Shown: positions 24,610-36,795, counted from the first letter of the stretch. The stretch: DNA of 64,000 nucleotides from Epiperipatus broadwayi (GCA_028023455.1 JAQFVV010000005.1:9176001-9240000), one strand, 5' to 3'. A program made the numbers and translations. The notes: a model not told the origin generated them from the letters alone.

Positions 24610-26050
24610 GGTTGATGACTAATGCTTCAGAATGAATAATAGGAGCAGATATTTGCCATTTCTGTTACAATGATGAACATGTCAAGAACTTTTTCAATTG
24701 AAAGAGCTGAGAGAAATTAAAGTCAGATTGACAAAGAGGCAATATCTATTGTATTTGATCCAAAAAAGTTTTATTAATATATTTTTGGTCAATTTTTTTA
24801 AATAGTGACCAACTATAAGTCATACTTGCAAACATTGGTGAATGACAAGCTATTTCTAGAACATTTGAGTCTGTATATAATAAAGTATAGAAATATATTA
24901 TTAGCATTGTGATTATCATCTTATATATTGGAAAGTGATTTCACACATGAATGCTTTGTCTAGATAAAACTGAACTTCATAATAATGATGTTGAATACTG
25001 TATGGAGAGTTTTGTTTATGTTGAATTATATTGATGTGTTAAAGTCTAAACTCTTAATAGTAACAAATGAGATAGATGAGTCAAGGCAAACAGAGGATCA
25101 CTTACAAGATGGATCAAAAAAAGACTGGTCAACTAGCAAACCACAATGCTATATCTCAGCTTTTTGGAAAAACCAAGAGAATTTATTGGTTAGCAAAGAT
25201 TACGTGTTAATGGGAATGGAGTAATCACATTTGAAGATAGTTTCAGAGTTGTTGGACAAAGTATATCTAGATATTGTCCATGTTAAAGCATTGTCCTGTG
25301 GATATATCTCATGGCCAAACATAATGATAGATATTGAAAAATACATAAAGATCAGCCTATCAATCTATAATAAATATACCCACTAAAAAGTATATGATCT
25401 CGCCAAAAGAGCTAATAGCAAAGGATTTCACATGGAATACAGATCTCATTAATAGCTAAAATATTTCTAATACTAATAGATATTTACTCTAGATGTCTAA
25501 AGTATCATTTTTTGAAGAACAGCAGTATTAAAAAAAATAGAGAAGCTAAGTAATTTTTTTTTGATACTGTAAAATTTGCCAAAAGTGATTGTTTGAGACA
25601 ATGGTGCAGAATTTGTAACACAAAATTGAAAAATACTTCAGGAAAAAAGAAATTAAGCACATTCATATACTGCCATAACATTCATTAACAACCAAATTGA
25701 TAGAAAATGCTATACAACAAAAGAAAAAGACACAAGAAAGTTGATAGCATTAAAATGAAGGAAGCACTATATGCTTTTTTGCTACATCAAAAAATTGACA
25801 GAAAGTTGATATTAATTCCCTCCAAAAAATAATAGTATAAAAATGATCAAAAATACAAATATATAATACACAAAAAAGTTTTGGATGCAAGATTTGTTAA
25901 ATAAAAAATGAATAGAAGGGATAATCACAGAGATTCTCCTAATAATCATAATATGATTAAACAATGGAACTGAATTTCAGAGACATCTGAATCATGTTCA
26001 CTGATATAAGATAGAAAAAATAATTTATTCCAACATAGAAATATTCACTG
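24610..26050 (+). mobile_element. Gypsy pol relic (RNase H and integrase)
   Basis: SQIDKEAISIVF..KKFY*YIFG (RNase H), VKALSCGYISWPNIMIDIEKYIK (integrase Zn region), DNGAEF (catalytic), FQRHLNHV (C-terminal). Confidence 0.75.
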
Positions 26051-26662
26051 AAAATGAAACAAAACACAAAATATAAGAAGCTAAGTTTTTATCAGATTAG
26101 GGAATTTCATATAGAAAATATCAAATTGGAAAAAATAATGGATGAAAGAAAACCCTAACAGAAAGAACAACTCATTGGAAAGTCAATGTACAAATAAATT
26201 TTAGAAAAATAAATAAATCATTGTTATCTAAATCAACATATCTCAAAAAATGAAGGAAATATAATCAATGTGAAGTTCAGCAAACCTTTAGATATTTAAT
26301 TATACTACAGAAAAAAAAAACTGGGTAATTTATAAAAATATTGTAAAGTTTAAAAAAATTTGAGATTTTTAGAGAACTTCGAAATAGAAAATAATTGAAA
26401 TAGCAAAAAGAATAATTAAGAAATATCTTTCAGTGAATCAGTATCTATAGCCTTATCTTCAGTGTAATTTTGATAATCTTTAAGGACTATATAATAGTTA
26501 AAGGTAATATTGAAATTTATTAATCTATATTTTGTTAGAAATAGTTGAATATAGAATATTATATTTGTTAAATCTTGTTTGATATACATGTTCACTTGAC
26601 AAGGATGTATGTATATTTATAATTTGTATATTGCTTTTATTCTTCCCCTTTACCTTCTTTGC

Positions 26663-26916
26663 ATATATTCATATATATATATATATATTGCTTATACTAA
26701 CTTCTTTTATATACACTTCAATGCAAAAAAAATTTCTTAATAAAACTTCTTTATTTTCCTGACAGTTTAAAAAGCAGAGAAGGTTTGAAAAGCTCTGATG
26801 AAGACTGCTGGACAGTCGAAACTGTCAGGAAAATAAAGAAGTTTTATTAAAAAAAATTTTTTGCATTGAAGTGTATATGAAAGAAGTTAATATAAGCAAT
26901 ATATATATGAATATAT
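26663..26916. mobile_element. PLE-type inverted terminal-repeat palindrome (arms 26663-26768 and 26819-26916)
   Basis: The ~100-bp arms are near-perfect reverse complements. The spacer holds a hammerhead core. Confidence 0.85.
26795..26826 (+). ncRNA. Minimal hammerhead core
   Basis: CUGAUGA-A-GACUG-CUGGA-CAGUC-GAA-ACUGU-C: intact core, 5-bp stem II, GUC triplet. Stem I is only 2 bp. Confidence 0.65.
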
Positions 26917-27873
26917 TGTTTTTATTGATTTGGTTAAGACATTTGACCCAATTAATTAAACAGGTTTATGACATTATTTGAAATAGATTGGTTGCCCATG
27001 AAAGTTTATTTGTATTATATAGTTTCTATATTATGGAATGAGAAGATATGTTATTAAAGATGCAAAATCTGTGAGGCATTTGAATGAAAACTGGTGTTAA
27101 ACAAATATTTGTTCTTGTTCCAAGATTGTTTTTAAATTTTATGACAGTGATCTTTGGAATTGTTTATAAGTGACTTAATAAACTAGGAAGTAAGATATGA
27201 AAAAGATTTGATGGTGGAATTTTTAACTTGAATTGATTAAAAGCAAAACAAGAATTTTATCCTCTTGGATCTTGGATTTGCAGTATGCTAATGATTGTGT
27301 TATTTTTGTGAGTCCAAAAGACAATTTACAGAATGTGCTTATTGTTTTAAATGCGACATGCAAAGATTTTAATTTGTTAAAAAAACTAAAGTTCCCTATT
27401 GGCCAGGGAAAGCAGAAAAGTCCTCAGAAGCTTGATGTTATCAACTAGAGAATGTAAACCAATTTAATTAATTTGAAAATTTTATAAATAGAAAAAGACT
27501 TAGCTATGTTGATGTGCAACATAAACTCCAGTGTGCTACTAGTACTTTTAATAAATTTAAAGTAGAATATCATCATAGGAAAATAACCATTGCATTTAAG
27601 GTAGCTGTATATAGATCTATTATTTTATCTCATTTATTGTATGGAATACAAAGACATTAGAAAAGTTTCATTTAAGTATACTCCCTAAAATTTTAAAAAT
27701 ACAACAGCAAAATCATAAAAGTAATCAATATTCTTCAGCTTGCTGGATTTAATACAATATATTCCAGTATTTTTTTGCTTCTTTTTTTTCTATGTATTGA
27801 TTTCTACTTTAGCATATCATACCATTTACACCTTTCTTAAAAACTTTATCAATACTTTTCTTTATATCAAATT

Positions 27874-27903
27874 AACAGTTTCGACTGTCTACAGTCGCAT
27901 CAG
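27874..27903 (-). ncRNA. Hammerhead motif, tandem partner (core A9 altered)
   Basis: CUGAUG-C-GACUGU-AG-ACAGUC-GAA-ACUGU-U. Confidence 0.5.
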
Positions 27904-27954
27904 AGCTCTTGAAAATTACCTTTCTTAAACACTTTATCACTACTTTTATTTATA

Positions 27955-27999
27955 TCAAACTAACAGTTTCGACTCCTGCAGTCATCATCAGAGTTCTTG
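27955..27999 (-). ncRNA. Minimal type I hammerhead ribozyme, best-preserved copy
   Basis: UCAAGAACU-CUGAUGA-U-GACU-GCAGG-AGUC-GAA-ACUGU-U-AGUUUGA: stem I AACU/AGUU (extendable), intact core, GUU triplet. Confidence 0.7.
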
Positions 28000-28020
28000 A
28001 CAATTCTATTTTCAAGAGTT

Positions 28021-28050
28021 CTGATGATGACTGCAGGATAGTCAAAACTT
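28021..28050 (+). ncRNA. Degenerate hammerhead motif (G12 changed to A)
   Basis: CUGAUGA-U-GACU-GCAGGAU-AGUC-AAAAC. Confidence 0.5.
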
Positions 28051-29186
28051 TTAGTTTGATATAAAGAAAAGTATTGATAAAGTGTTTAAGAAAGGTGTAA
28101 ATGGTATGATATTTCAATATTGTAAAATCACTTATTCATTGGATTGATCATTTAATAAAATGAATGCAATATTTTCTAGAAGTGTGTTTTATAGTGAACT
28201 TGGGCATGATTTTTATGGGAGAGAAAAACTGTATACATTATAAGGATTATCTTAAAGACATTCTAAAGAAATGCAGTAGTGATTGTTTCCATTAAAAAGT
28301 TATTGCAGAAAACAGAATATATTGGAATGATGCAAGAAATGGTGTTAAAATATTTCAGAAAGAAAAGTTTTCTGCAGAAGAAATTAAAAGACATCACAAA
28401 ACATTTAATAAACATAAAAAATGAATCATATATAATATGTGGACACATTGTCATTCACAGATTGGTTTGTATAGTCATAGTATAATTCATTTATAGAGCA
28501 GGTTTGTAAAAAACTTTTTTTCTTCTTGGATTTGAATGTTCATACTTGTTTTCAATTACTACTGTATGTGTATATATATTTGTATATTGTTGAGTATATT
28601 AAACTTTATTTTTTTATCATTAGTTTACTATGAATCATTCTCACTTGTGAGTTTATTATTTGTTAACTCCCTAATTAGTTTTCTTAAAAGGAATCAGAAA
28701 CAAAAACATAGCAATAGTGAAAATCTTTAATTACATAAGATATTGAAGTCTTTTAGAAAGAGTTGTTTGCTATAGAAGAAACTAAAAGACAACATTGCAA
28801 AATGTCAAGTCAACAGAGTAATGAACCAACGTATTTTATATATAGACATATTTATGATTTATAGAGGATGGTTTGTATAACATTATGAAATCCATCTTTT
28901 TGTGTTCCTTTTTAGGAATTGTAATGGTTATACTCATTTGCAAGTGACTGCTACTAATGAGAAATACACAATGAATTACAGTTTACATATTGATATAGAT
29001 GGAGTATTGTTCCATTTCAACTTATAATTATTTTCATCATGTCTTGCTAAATTATTTATTTGTATATATTTGTACATAGAGAAAGAGAGACACATTATTC
29101 AAACTAAGTTATCATTTGATTTGTATTAAATGTAATATCTGAATGTACAGCATGAATTCACTCTATGAATCATTTTCTGTTTATAG

Positions 29187-29262
29187 GTGATAGGCCATAC
29201 ATGTACAGTGTATTTTATTACTGTTTGCCTTTTTAAGTCAGGAGTAATAGATCAACAATATT
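29187..29262 (+). pseudogene. Possible decayed zinc-finger exon
   Basis: The acceptor ttttctgtttatag| is followed by G-D-R-P-Y-M (TGEKPY-like linker), but the Cys and His ligands are absent. Confidence 0.3.
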
Positions 29263-31421
29263 GACCCAGCTGACGTTTTTTTTTCTATTATGATATTCAA
29301 ATTAATCATATGTTTCAGCATCCTAAACTTTTTAATCTAAGACAATATTTTCTATATATATTTTTTTATATTAGATAACTGTAAATGTAATTTTTGGCCT
29401 ACAATCAGACTCTAAAGTTTAACTTGTTGTCTTGAGTTCATATACTTTTTGGCATTGAATCTTTTATACTATTAGCTTGAATAGACTAATAAAAGAAACA
29501 ATGATTGCTAGAGGGTGTGTGAAACTAATGCATCTCACAAATAGTGCGCAACATTCTTTAACTGGTAGAAATCTAGTTGTATGAACCATTTAATGTTCTC
29601 TGATTATTCATGCTTATATACAATTTCTCAAGTAGAGTAATATTATTTTACTGTTAATATGCAAACTCATATATGAAATTCGTCTAAGATGTTTTTAAAT
29701 TACTATTTAAATTTATTTTTTCTTTGTTATTGTTCATATACTTATTGCATTTTTTTTTCTTTATTTAGATTAGTAGAAAATATAAAATGTGAAAACTGAA
29801 GAATTTTCCAATGGGATAGCAAGCTTAATGCATTAATATCTCCAATGGATACCATCTTTGAAGCCTTTTCCAGATATCTTGATGGTGCTTTCTAAAAATA
29901 CTACATTTCATGTATCTTAAATATCTACTTTAAATATGTGATCAACATATCTTTCTGGAAAGAATATAATGTAATACACATTGATGTTGGAGGAACAGTT
30001 TGATGAATTTTCTATTTATTATTTACTAAATTCATAAAATGAATTTTTTTTTTTTTGGAAATATATTAGCAAAATATTCTGAAACTAATAACAATATGTA
30101 AAAAATATAGTAAACTATGATGGCAGAATATCTATTTGATGAATGAATAAAACATTGAAAAACAAATGAGATTTTTACTCATCTAAGAAATATCAAATTG
30201 GCAACAGTTGCATGGCCTGTAATACAATTTAAATCACAAATACTGTGTTATGTTGTTAATAACCAAGGAAGATTTGATTTCTTTTAACTGTGCATAAATT
30301 GGAGATATTTGTGATTGGGTTGCACATTTGCAGAGAAAACAGTATTTAAATGCGAAATGGATTTATTTAAAAAAATACAAATAAGTATCTAACAAATTTT
30401 AGAAAGCTAACAAATAGGTTATAAGTAAAGATTGATTTAATTATCAGTAGCAGTCGATTTTAATGCCTAAAAACACTTGCTGATTATTCTAGTATGAGAT
30501 GATATATTTCTTAGTGAACAGTGTATGAAGTTTTTTATAATTTATGGATATGTTAATATCAAATTAATAGAGTGTTACAATTCTGTATATCAGATAACAT
30601 ACTTGGATTTTAAATTTATGATTTTATTTCTAAAATAATGATGCTTTATATAAAAATATTTGATGATTATTTATTTACAGAAGCAATTTTAGTTAATCAT
30701 TTTTATTTTTGCAAAGTTATATTGATTGATGCTATTAGTAAGATAATATATTTTTGTTGATTTAAATCTATTATAAAGTAAGTCCTAAAGATAAATAATA
30801 TTAAGTAATAAAAAGTGTATTTATTTCTTATTTACGCATATAAAGAAGCATATAAACACTAAAGCAATTCATGTTAGTAAATTCTGATAAATGCAATTTA
30901 TATATTTATAAACAAAAAACTCAAAAGGTTATTTTTTGACATTGTTTAAAAAATTCATAAAAAAATGTAAATGGTATGACATCGAAGAGAAAAATTTATA
31001 CTAGTGTAATTTAAGAAAAAAGTTGCTGTGATAATATTTTATTAATATATAATGAAAACAAATTAAATAAGTAGAATAAATTTTTATGAAAGTATTTTAA
31101 ATATTAAAAAAAGAGTTTTACAGATAAAATAAAACTTCTAATGCTTTAGAAAAGCATTTTAATAATATTTGAAAAGATCACTGTATAAGAATATCTTTTT
31201 GAAAGAAACTTATCTGATTATATAATTTCTATTTAAAAGTATAGAAGTATATAAATTGAAAGTCATTTTTTTATATTAAAATTTGAAATCTAAAAAAAAT
31301 GAGATTATTTCAAAAAATGTGAAAGCAATTTAAACAATGATAAATACATTTTGTTACCCTTTGCATAATTAGAAAATTGCACCATAATTGAGTTTAACTT
31401 TATCTGAAAAATCTTATAGCG

Positions 31422-33272
31422 GTGGGTAATTTTTTTTATTGCAATATGTATGATTACAAAACAACAGTAAAAAGTAGTTTAAAAATATATGAAAAAGTTC
31501 ATACACGAGAAAAATCTTTTCAGTGCAGGCTTTGTGATTACAGAACTGTTTTGAAACAAAATTTTAAAATACATAATAAAATTCATGCAGGAGAAACTGC
31601 TGTAAAAAGTTCTTTGAAAAGACATGAATTAAGTCATACAGGAAATAAATTTTTTCAATGCAACTTATGCGATTATAAGACTGTTGCAAAAGGCAATTTA
31701 AAAAGACATAAATTAATTCATACAGGTGATAAACCTTTCAAGTGCACTCTATGTGATTATAAGACTATCACAAAAAGTTATTTGAAAATACATGAAAGAT
31801 GTCATACTGGAGAAAAACCTTTTCAGTGTAGCTTGTGTGATTATAAGACTGTTCTAAAACAAAGCTTGAAAATACATGAAAAAATTCATGCAGGAGAAAA
31901 ACCATTTCTGTGCAGTCTGTGTGATTACAAGACTGCAGTAAAAAGTAGTTTGAAAGCACATGAATTAATTCACACAGGTAATAAACCTTTTCAATGCAAC
32001 TTATGTGATTTCAAGACTAGTGCTAAAAATAATTTAAAAACACATAAATTAAGTCATACAGGTGAAAAGCCTTTCCAATGCACTCTGTGTGATTATAAGG
32101 CTCTTACAGTAAGCAATTTCAAGATACATGAGAGATCTCATACTGGAGAAAAACCTTTCCCCTGCCATTTGTGCAACTTTAAATCTGCTGCAAAAGGTCA
32201 TTTAAAAGTACATGAAAAAACACATAAAAAAGAAAAACCTTTTCAATGCAATTTGTGCAATTACAAAACTGCAGTAAAAAATAGTTTGCAAAGACATGAA
32301 TTAACTCATACAGGAAATAAACCTTTTCACTGTAGCTTATGTGATTACAAAACTGTTGAAAAAAGTAATTTAAAAATACATAAATTAATTCATACTGGTG
32401 AAAAACCTTTTCAATGCACCTTATGTGATTACAAGACTATTAGGAAAGGTAATTTCAAAATGCATGAAAAATGTCATACCACTGTCAAACCTTTCCAATG
32501 TCACTTGTGTGACTATCAGACTAATTTAAAAGATCGTTTAAAAAAACATGAAAGAATTCATATAGGAAAATCTTTTCAATGCAATTTGTGCGATTACAAG
32601 AGTGCTTTAAAACAAAGTTTAAAAATACATAGTAAAATTCACATAGGAGAAAAACCTTTTCTGTGCAGTTTCTGTGATTACAAAACTTCAATAAAGGGCA
32701 ATTTAAAAAAGCATGAATTAATTCATACAGGAAATAAACCTTTTCAATGCAACTTATGTGATTTCAAGACTGTTGCAAAAAGTAATTTAAAAATTCATAA
32801 TTTTGTTCACACAGGTGAAAAACCTTTCCAGTGCATTTTATGCAATTACAAGACTACTACAAAAGCTAATTATAAAAGACATGAAAAATCTCATAGAGAA
32901 GATAACCTTTTCTATTTTGATTTGTGTAATTTTGAGACTACTGCTAAAAATATATTAAAAGATAATGAGAGTTATTATACAGGAAAAAACTCTTTCAGTG
33001 ACATTCTATTTAATGCTAAGAGTGGTTTGAAAGATAATTTAGAAATACAAGATAAAACTCATATACTAGCACAGACTGTTTGTTGTAGTTTTTTAGAGAC
33101 TAATAAATACAAAGAATATTTTACTGTGAAGCAAGAAATACAATCAACAAGAGAAATATATAAATGCTGTTTGTGTGATTATAAAGTTACAAAAAAAAGT
33201 GTTTTGGAAAATCATGAAGAGAATCATTTTGATGATTATCAAACTTTTGAGATTCTTATTCAATTCACTTGA
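31422..33272 (+). CDS. Tandem C2H2 zinc-finger protein (16 contiguous fingers, 1 distal finger, 1 half finger, degenerate flanking fingers); probably a terminal exon
   Basis: 616-codon open frame of F-x-C-x2-C-(D/N)-(Y/F)-x10-H-x3-H-TG(E/N)KP repeats. First ATG at 31446. AATAAA motifs follow the stop (~33341, ~33711). The true start and upstream exons are not resolved. Confidence 0.93.
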   Translation: MGNFFYCNMYDYKTTVKSSLKIYEKVHTREKSFQCRLCDYRTVLKQNFKIHNKIHAGETAVKSSLKRHELSHTGNKFFQCNLCDYKTVAKGNLKRHKLIHTGDKPFKCTLCDYKTITKSYLKIHERCHTGEKPFQCSLCDYKTVLKQSLKIHEKIHAGEKPFLCSLCDYKTAVKSSLKAHELIHTGNKPFQCNLCDFKTSAKNNLKTHKLSHTGEKPFQCTLCDYKALTVSNFKIHERSHTGEKPFPCHLCNFKSAAKGHLKVHEKTHKKEKPFQCNLCNYKTAVKNSLQRHELTHTGNKPFHCSLCDYKTVEKSNLKIHKLIHTGEKPFQCTLCDYKTIRKGNFKMHEKCHTTVKPFQCHLCDYQTNLKDRLKKHERIHIGKSFQCNLCDYKSALKQSLKIHSKIHIGEKPFLCSFCDYKTSIKGNLKKHELIHTGNKPFQCNLCDFKTVAKSNLKIHNFVHTGEKPFQCILCNYKTTTKANYKRHEKSHREDNLFYFDLCNFETTAKNILKDNESYYTGKNSFSDILFNAKSGLKDNLEIQDKTHILAQTVCCSFLETNKYKEYFTVKQEIQSTREIYKCCLCDYKVTKKSVLENHEENHFDDYQTFEILIQFT

Positions 33273-36011
33273 ATATTTTTAATTTTGAAAGAAAAGAAAA
33301 AAAATTAAGAAACAAAATCTTTTAACATTTTAGTGAAATTAATAAAAATTAATATTTATAACTTCTAGATCAGAAATTTGCACCTTTTATAGGATATCAG
33401 TGATTGAAAAATAGAAACGGATTTGGACTCTATTAGATTAGAAAATCTTTTAATAATGTTCAGTTCATTTATAATGTTTCTATTTTTATTAATCATACAA
33501 AATATCTTTGTAAATTTAGCTCTTTTTTTTTTTTAATATGATTATCATCACTAAAGAGTGTTGAAATTATTGTAATATACACTTGTGTATGTCAGTCTAT
33601 TTTTCAATAAGAAAATTAAAGCATCAATTTGTGTTCTCAATTAATATTGATCAGTTTTTTATTTGTAAATGAGAAATTTTTTTTTTTGTGAAACTATAAA
33701 TGTCTTTTTGAATAAAAACATATCTTCCTTTTTAATAAATGATTTATCTAAAGTGTTATTTTTAATAGTTATAATTTTTTTATCAATTTAAGAAATGCAC
33801 TACATTATCAACAATAAGAGAAAGAATATTTATTGCTTTTTATTAAATTTAACTTGTTCCCACATTCAAGCTTATATTTTCAGGACAAATACTGAACTCA
33901 TAAGGGAATTTTATATACTGTGCTTATAGTTTATTCTTGTCAATTATTAAACATGGCCAACAACTTTGTTTAAACTTGGATGGTTAATTGATGAAAGCAG
34001 AAATATGTAAATAATTTATGATTCATTATTCTTTGACACCTCTAAAAATTATATTTCAGTCCATCTATACAACCACTAAAATAATAATAAATACAGTTCT
34101 TAATAGTTTCTTCAAATGCTACAATAACCAGCTTTGGTTGGATTATACATTTGAAGATTCTCCATAAATTGACATTCTTCATTTTTTTAACATTTAACTA
34201 ATTTTCTAAAAGGAACAGAACATTTCTCTTGGTTAAAAAATTTCCAAGATCATGTAGACTCATAATTCATTTTTAGCATTATCTCTCTTCATTTACATGT
34301 ATTTTCATATATTAAGCCATAAAGTGTTTTGTGTAGATTATTAAGATTATGAAATCTTCAGTTTGAATAATTTCAATGTTCTTTGTCAATTTGGTGGAAG
34401 TTAGATTGAATTACCTTTAATGACTGAAAATATAAATTTTTTTCTGTTCATTTCAGACTTCTCTGTAAGCACGAAGAAACAGTTGACACCAAATCAATCC
34501 TAGATCAGTTTTTGATTTATAAACATGTTTTTTTATTAGAAGCCAAGTATTCTAAAACATTTATGGATCTATTAGTCACTAACTTCTATTTCAGAAGTGA
34601 AATACAAGATAGAGTAACCATAATCATTTTACTAAAAATTGTTTATGTTATTTGAATGATTTTTTTCCCTGATATTCCATGACTTATATTTTTCCTAGAC
34701 ATGTTATTTTGTATTTGCTTATAATCATTTTGTTTGAATTAAACCTCTTGTTACTTATGTTAATTCATTGTTTTTTTTATATCTTTATTAGTTGTTTTAG
34801 TTTAATTATTTAGCTTTTCTGTTTGACGTATTGACATTATATGGTTGATTGTTTTTATATTTTTTAACTTTGGTTTCATTATATTAGAAGTTAGCATCTT
34901 GTTTGATCACTGTGCTAGTTAAATTCAATCATGAACCACACCTAATTTTTAAATAGATCTTTACATTATGAGTAATTAGTAAAATTATTTTTATATGTAC
35001 ATGGTTAAATAAAATAGATTTTATAAATAACAAATATTTTAAACTAAAATGTTGATTTGATGATCATGTACAAAAAAATATTATTTAAAACTTATCCTTA
35101 TGGTATTAAAAAAATTTAATTAAAATTTGTTAGGTTTTTTTTTTCACACTGTTTCTAAATCAGAAACAATTTCCATACAAAATGCTGAATACAAGATGTT
35201 TCATGCATACTGCCAAGTGCACAATCTGTTATGTAGGTATGTGGCTATAATAAAAATTGGAAAAAATATTGCAAATGTGAACATATGGGCTATTAATTCA
35301 AGAATGAAATAATTTTTTTGTAAACTCTTTGTAAGATTATATTTATGTAAAAGTCAGATTAATGGGAAAATGAACAGTCAGTATGTTTAATGTTAAAGAA
35401 ATATAGGATTGTGATAATGTTGAGTAAACAATATTAGATTGTAAATTTCAGCCTTGTTATTTCAAGCTTCTTTATTCTATGTAGCTCTAATTTCTGTACT
35501 TTATTCTTATAATTTTAATTTTGATATGTTTTAATTGCAGTGAAAAGTTATCAATAAGTGATAAAAGGTAAAGAAGCATTATTGTAATCACATAATTTGT
35601 ATTATAATACATTTCTACAGTAGGCAGATAAATGTTTGAAAATTGCATATTTAGCATTCTCAAATCAACAAAAATTTATTTCAAAGTTATTATTAAAGTG
35701 ATGATGAAATGATCTAACATATATTGATAATGGCAGATAGATATAAAAATGATATTGAAGTATGCTGTTTCGAAGATTAAATCCATCATTGTTTAAAAGT
35801 GTTAATGAAGAAAGTATTGGTTTATTATTTGAGATAGACAATTCTTTTATTAATAGTTTCACATTCTAAATTTTATAAATATGACACTTGAAATTATTTA
35901 TGCCAATTTTTTTGCAATTTAATTGTGCTACTATTCCATTCTTAAGTGGATTAAAAATCGTTTAAAAAATAGCCTTTATCAGAGTCCTTTAAATAATTTA
36001 TCATAATATTC

Positions 36012-36415
36012 AAGTATTCATTTATTATTAACACTCGTAAAAAGCGTATGAAAGGCTGATCTTTAATGTATTACAATTTATAAACATGCGCTATATAAAA
36101 TAAATGCTTATTTAGATTTTAAGTTTCATTTGAGAATGACGTTTAGTAAATTCTAGATAATTTCGTCGACGTCATTCATTCATTCATTCAGACATTGTAA
36201 ACAGTAATTTAAAGTGAGTGGTCTATGCTCACGCTTTCACTTCCAGTACTTAATATTTGCCCATATATAAGCATTTGGGTTGGAAGGAATAAGTGGATTC
36301 ATTTTATTCTTTCTTAAATACTATATCTCATGTTGGGAATGAAAGTATTCATTTATTATTAACACTCGTAAAAAGCATATGCACAGTAGTTTGAAAGGCT
36401 GATCTTTAATGTATC
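36012..36415 (+). repeat. Diverged copy (~1.2 units) of the 332-bp repeat at 51754-52607
   Basis: aagtattcatttattattaacactcgtaaaaagc repeats ~332 bp apart. Shares ttaaagtga, cacgctttcactt, gcccata..tttgggtt and gtaaattctag with the 52-kb unit. Confidence 0.75.
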
Positions 36416-36795
36416 ATAATATTTATTGAAAAATATATCCGTATATGAGTAGACTATAAAAATATCATTGAACAATTTTGTTTATGAAAAGGAAAAAAAA
36501 TATATCTTTCTAAAGATAATTTTCTTTTGTATGTTTTAAGTAATTAAATAAGTCATAAGTTATTGAAACTTTATCATACAATAATTGTATTTTATTTTCT
36601 TTGTTATGCAAATAAAAATTTTCAATGCAATTTTTTATTTTGTATATTTATTTTTGTAGCTAATTAATAGAGTAAAATGTTTTATCTTCATATCATAATT
36701 CTCATATGTTTTCATTTGTCTGAAAATTTACTAGTAATTATAATTTTATTAATGCTGGTTTTTAAACTAATACTTGCCTATTTTTTTCAAACTTA

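Larger units (their letters stand above)
27814..28112. mobile_element. PLE-type cassette: two tandem 88-bp units on the minus strand plus one inverted unit on the plus strand
   Basis: The unit tcaaga.ctctgatg..gtcgaaactgtta.tttgatataaa.aaaagta.tgataaagt.tttaagaaaggt occurs three times. Same family as 26663-26916. Inserted in the RTE relic. Confidence 0.85.
21890..28490 (+). mobile_element. Fragmented RTE (BovB-like) LINE interrupted by several insertions
   Basis: Collinear motifs: endonuclease IGFAV and FNAHV..NNGIGIVNSN..CWAEYRL (21.9-22.4 kb), RKNHPWH and ILNRWKEYF (23.0-23.35 kb), FIDLVKTFDPIN (26.93 kb), LQYANDC (27.28 kb), HYKDYLK and CHSQIGLYSH (28.24-28.49 kb). Confidence 0.8.
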
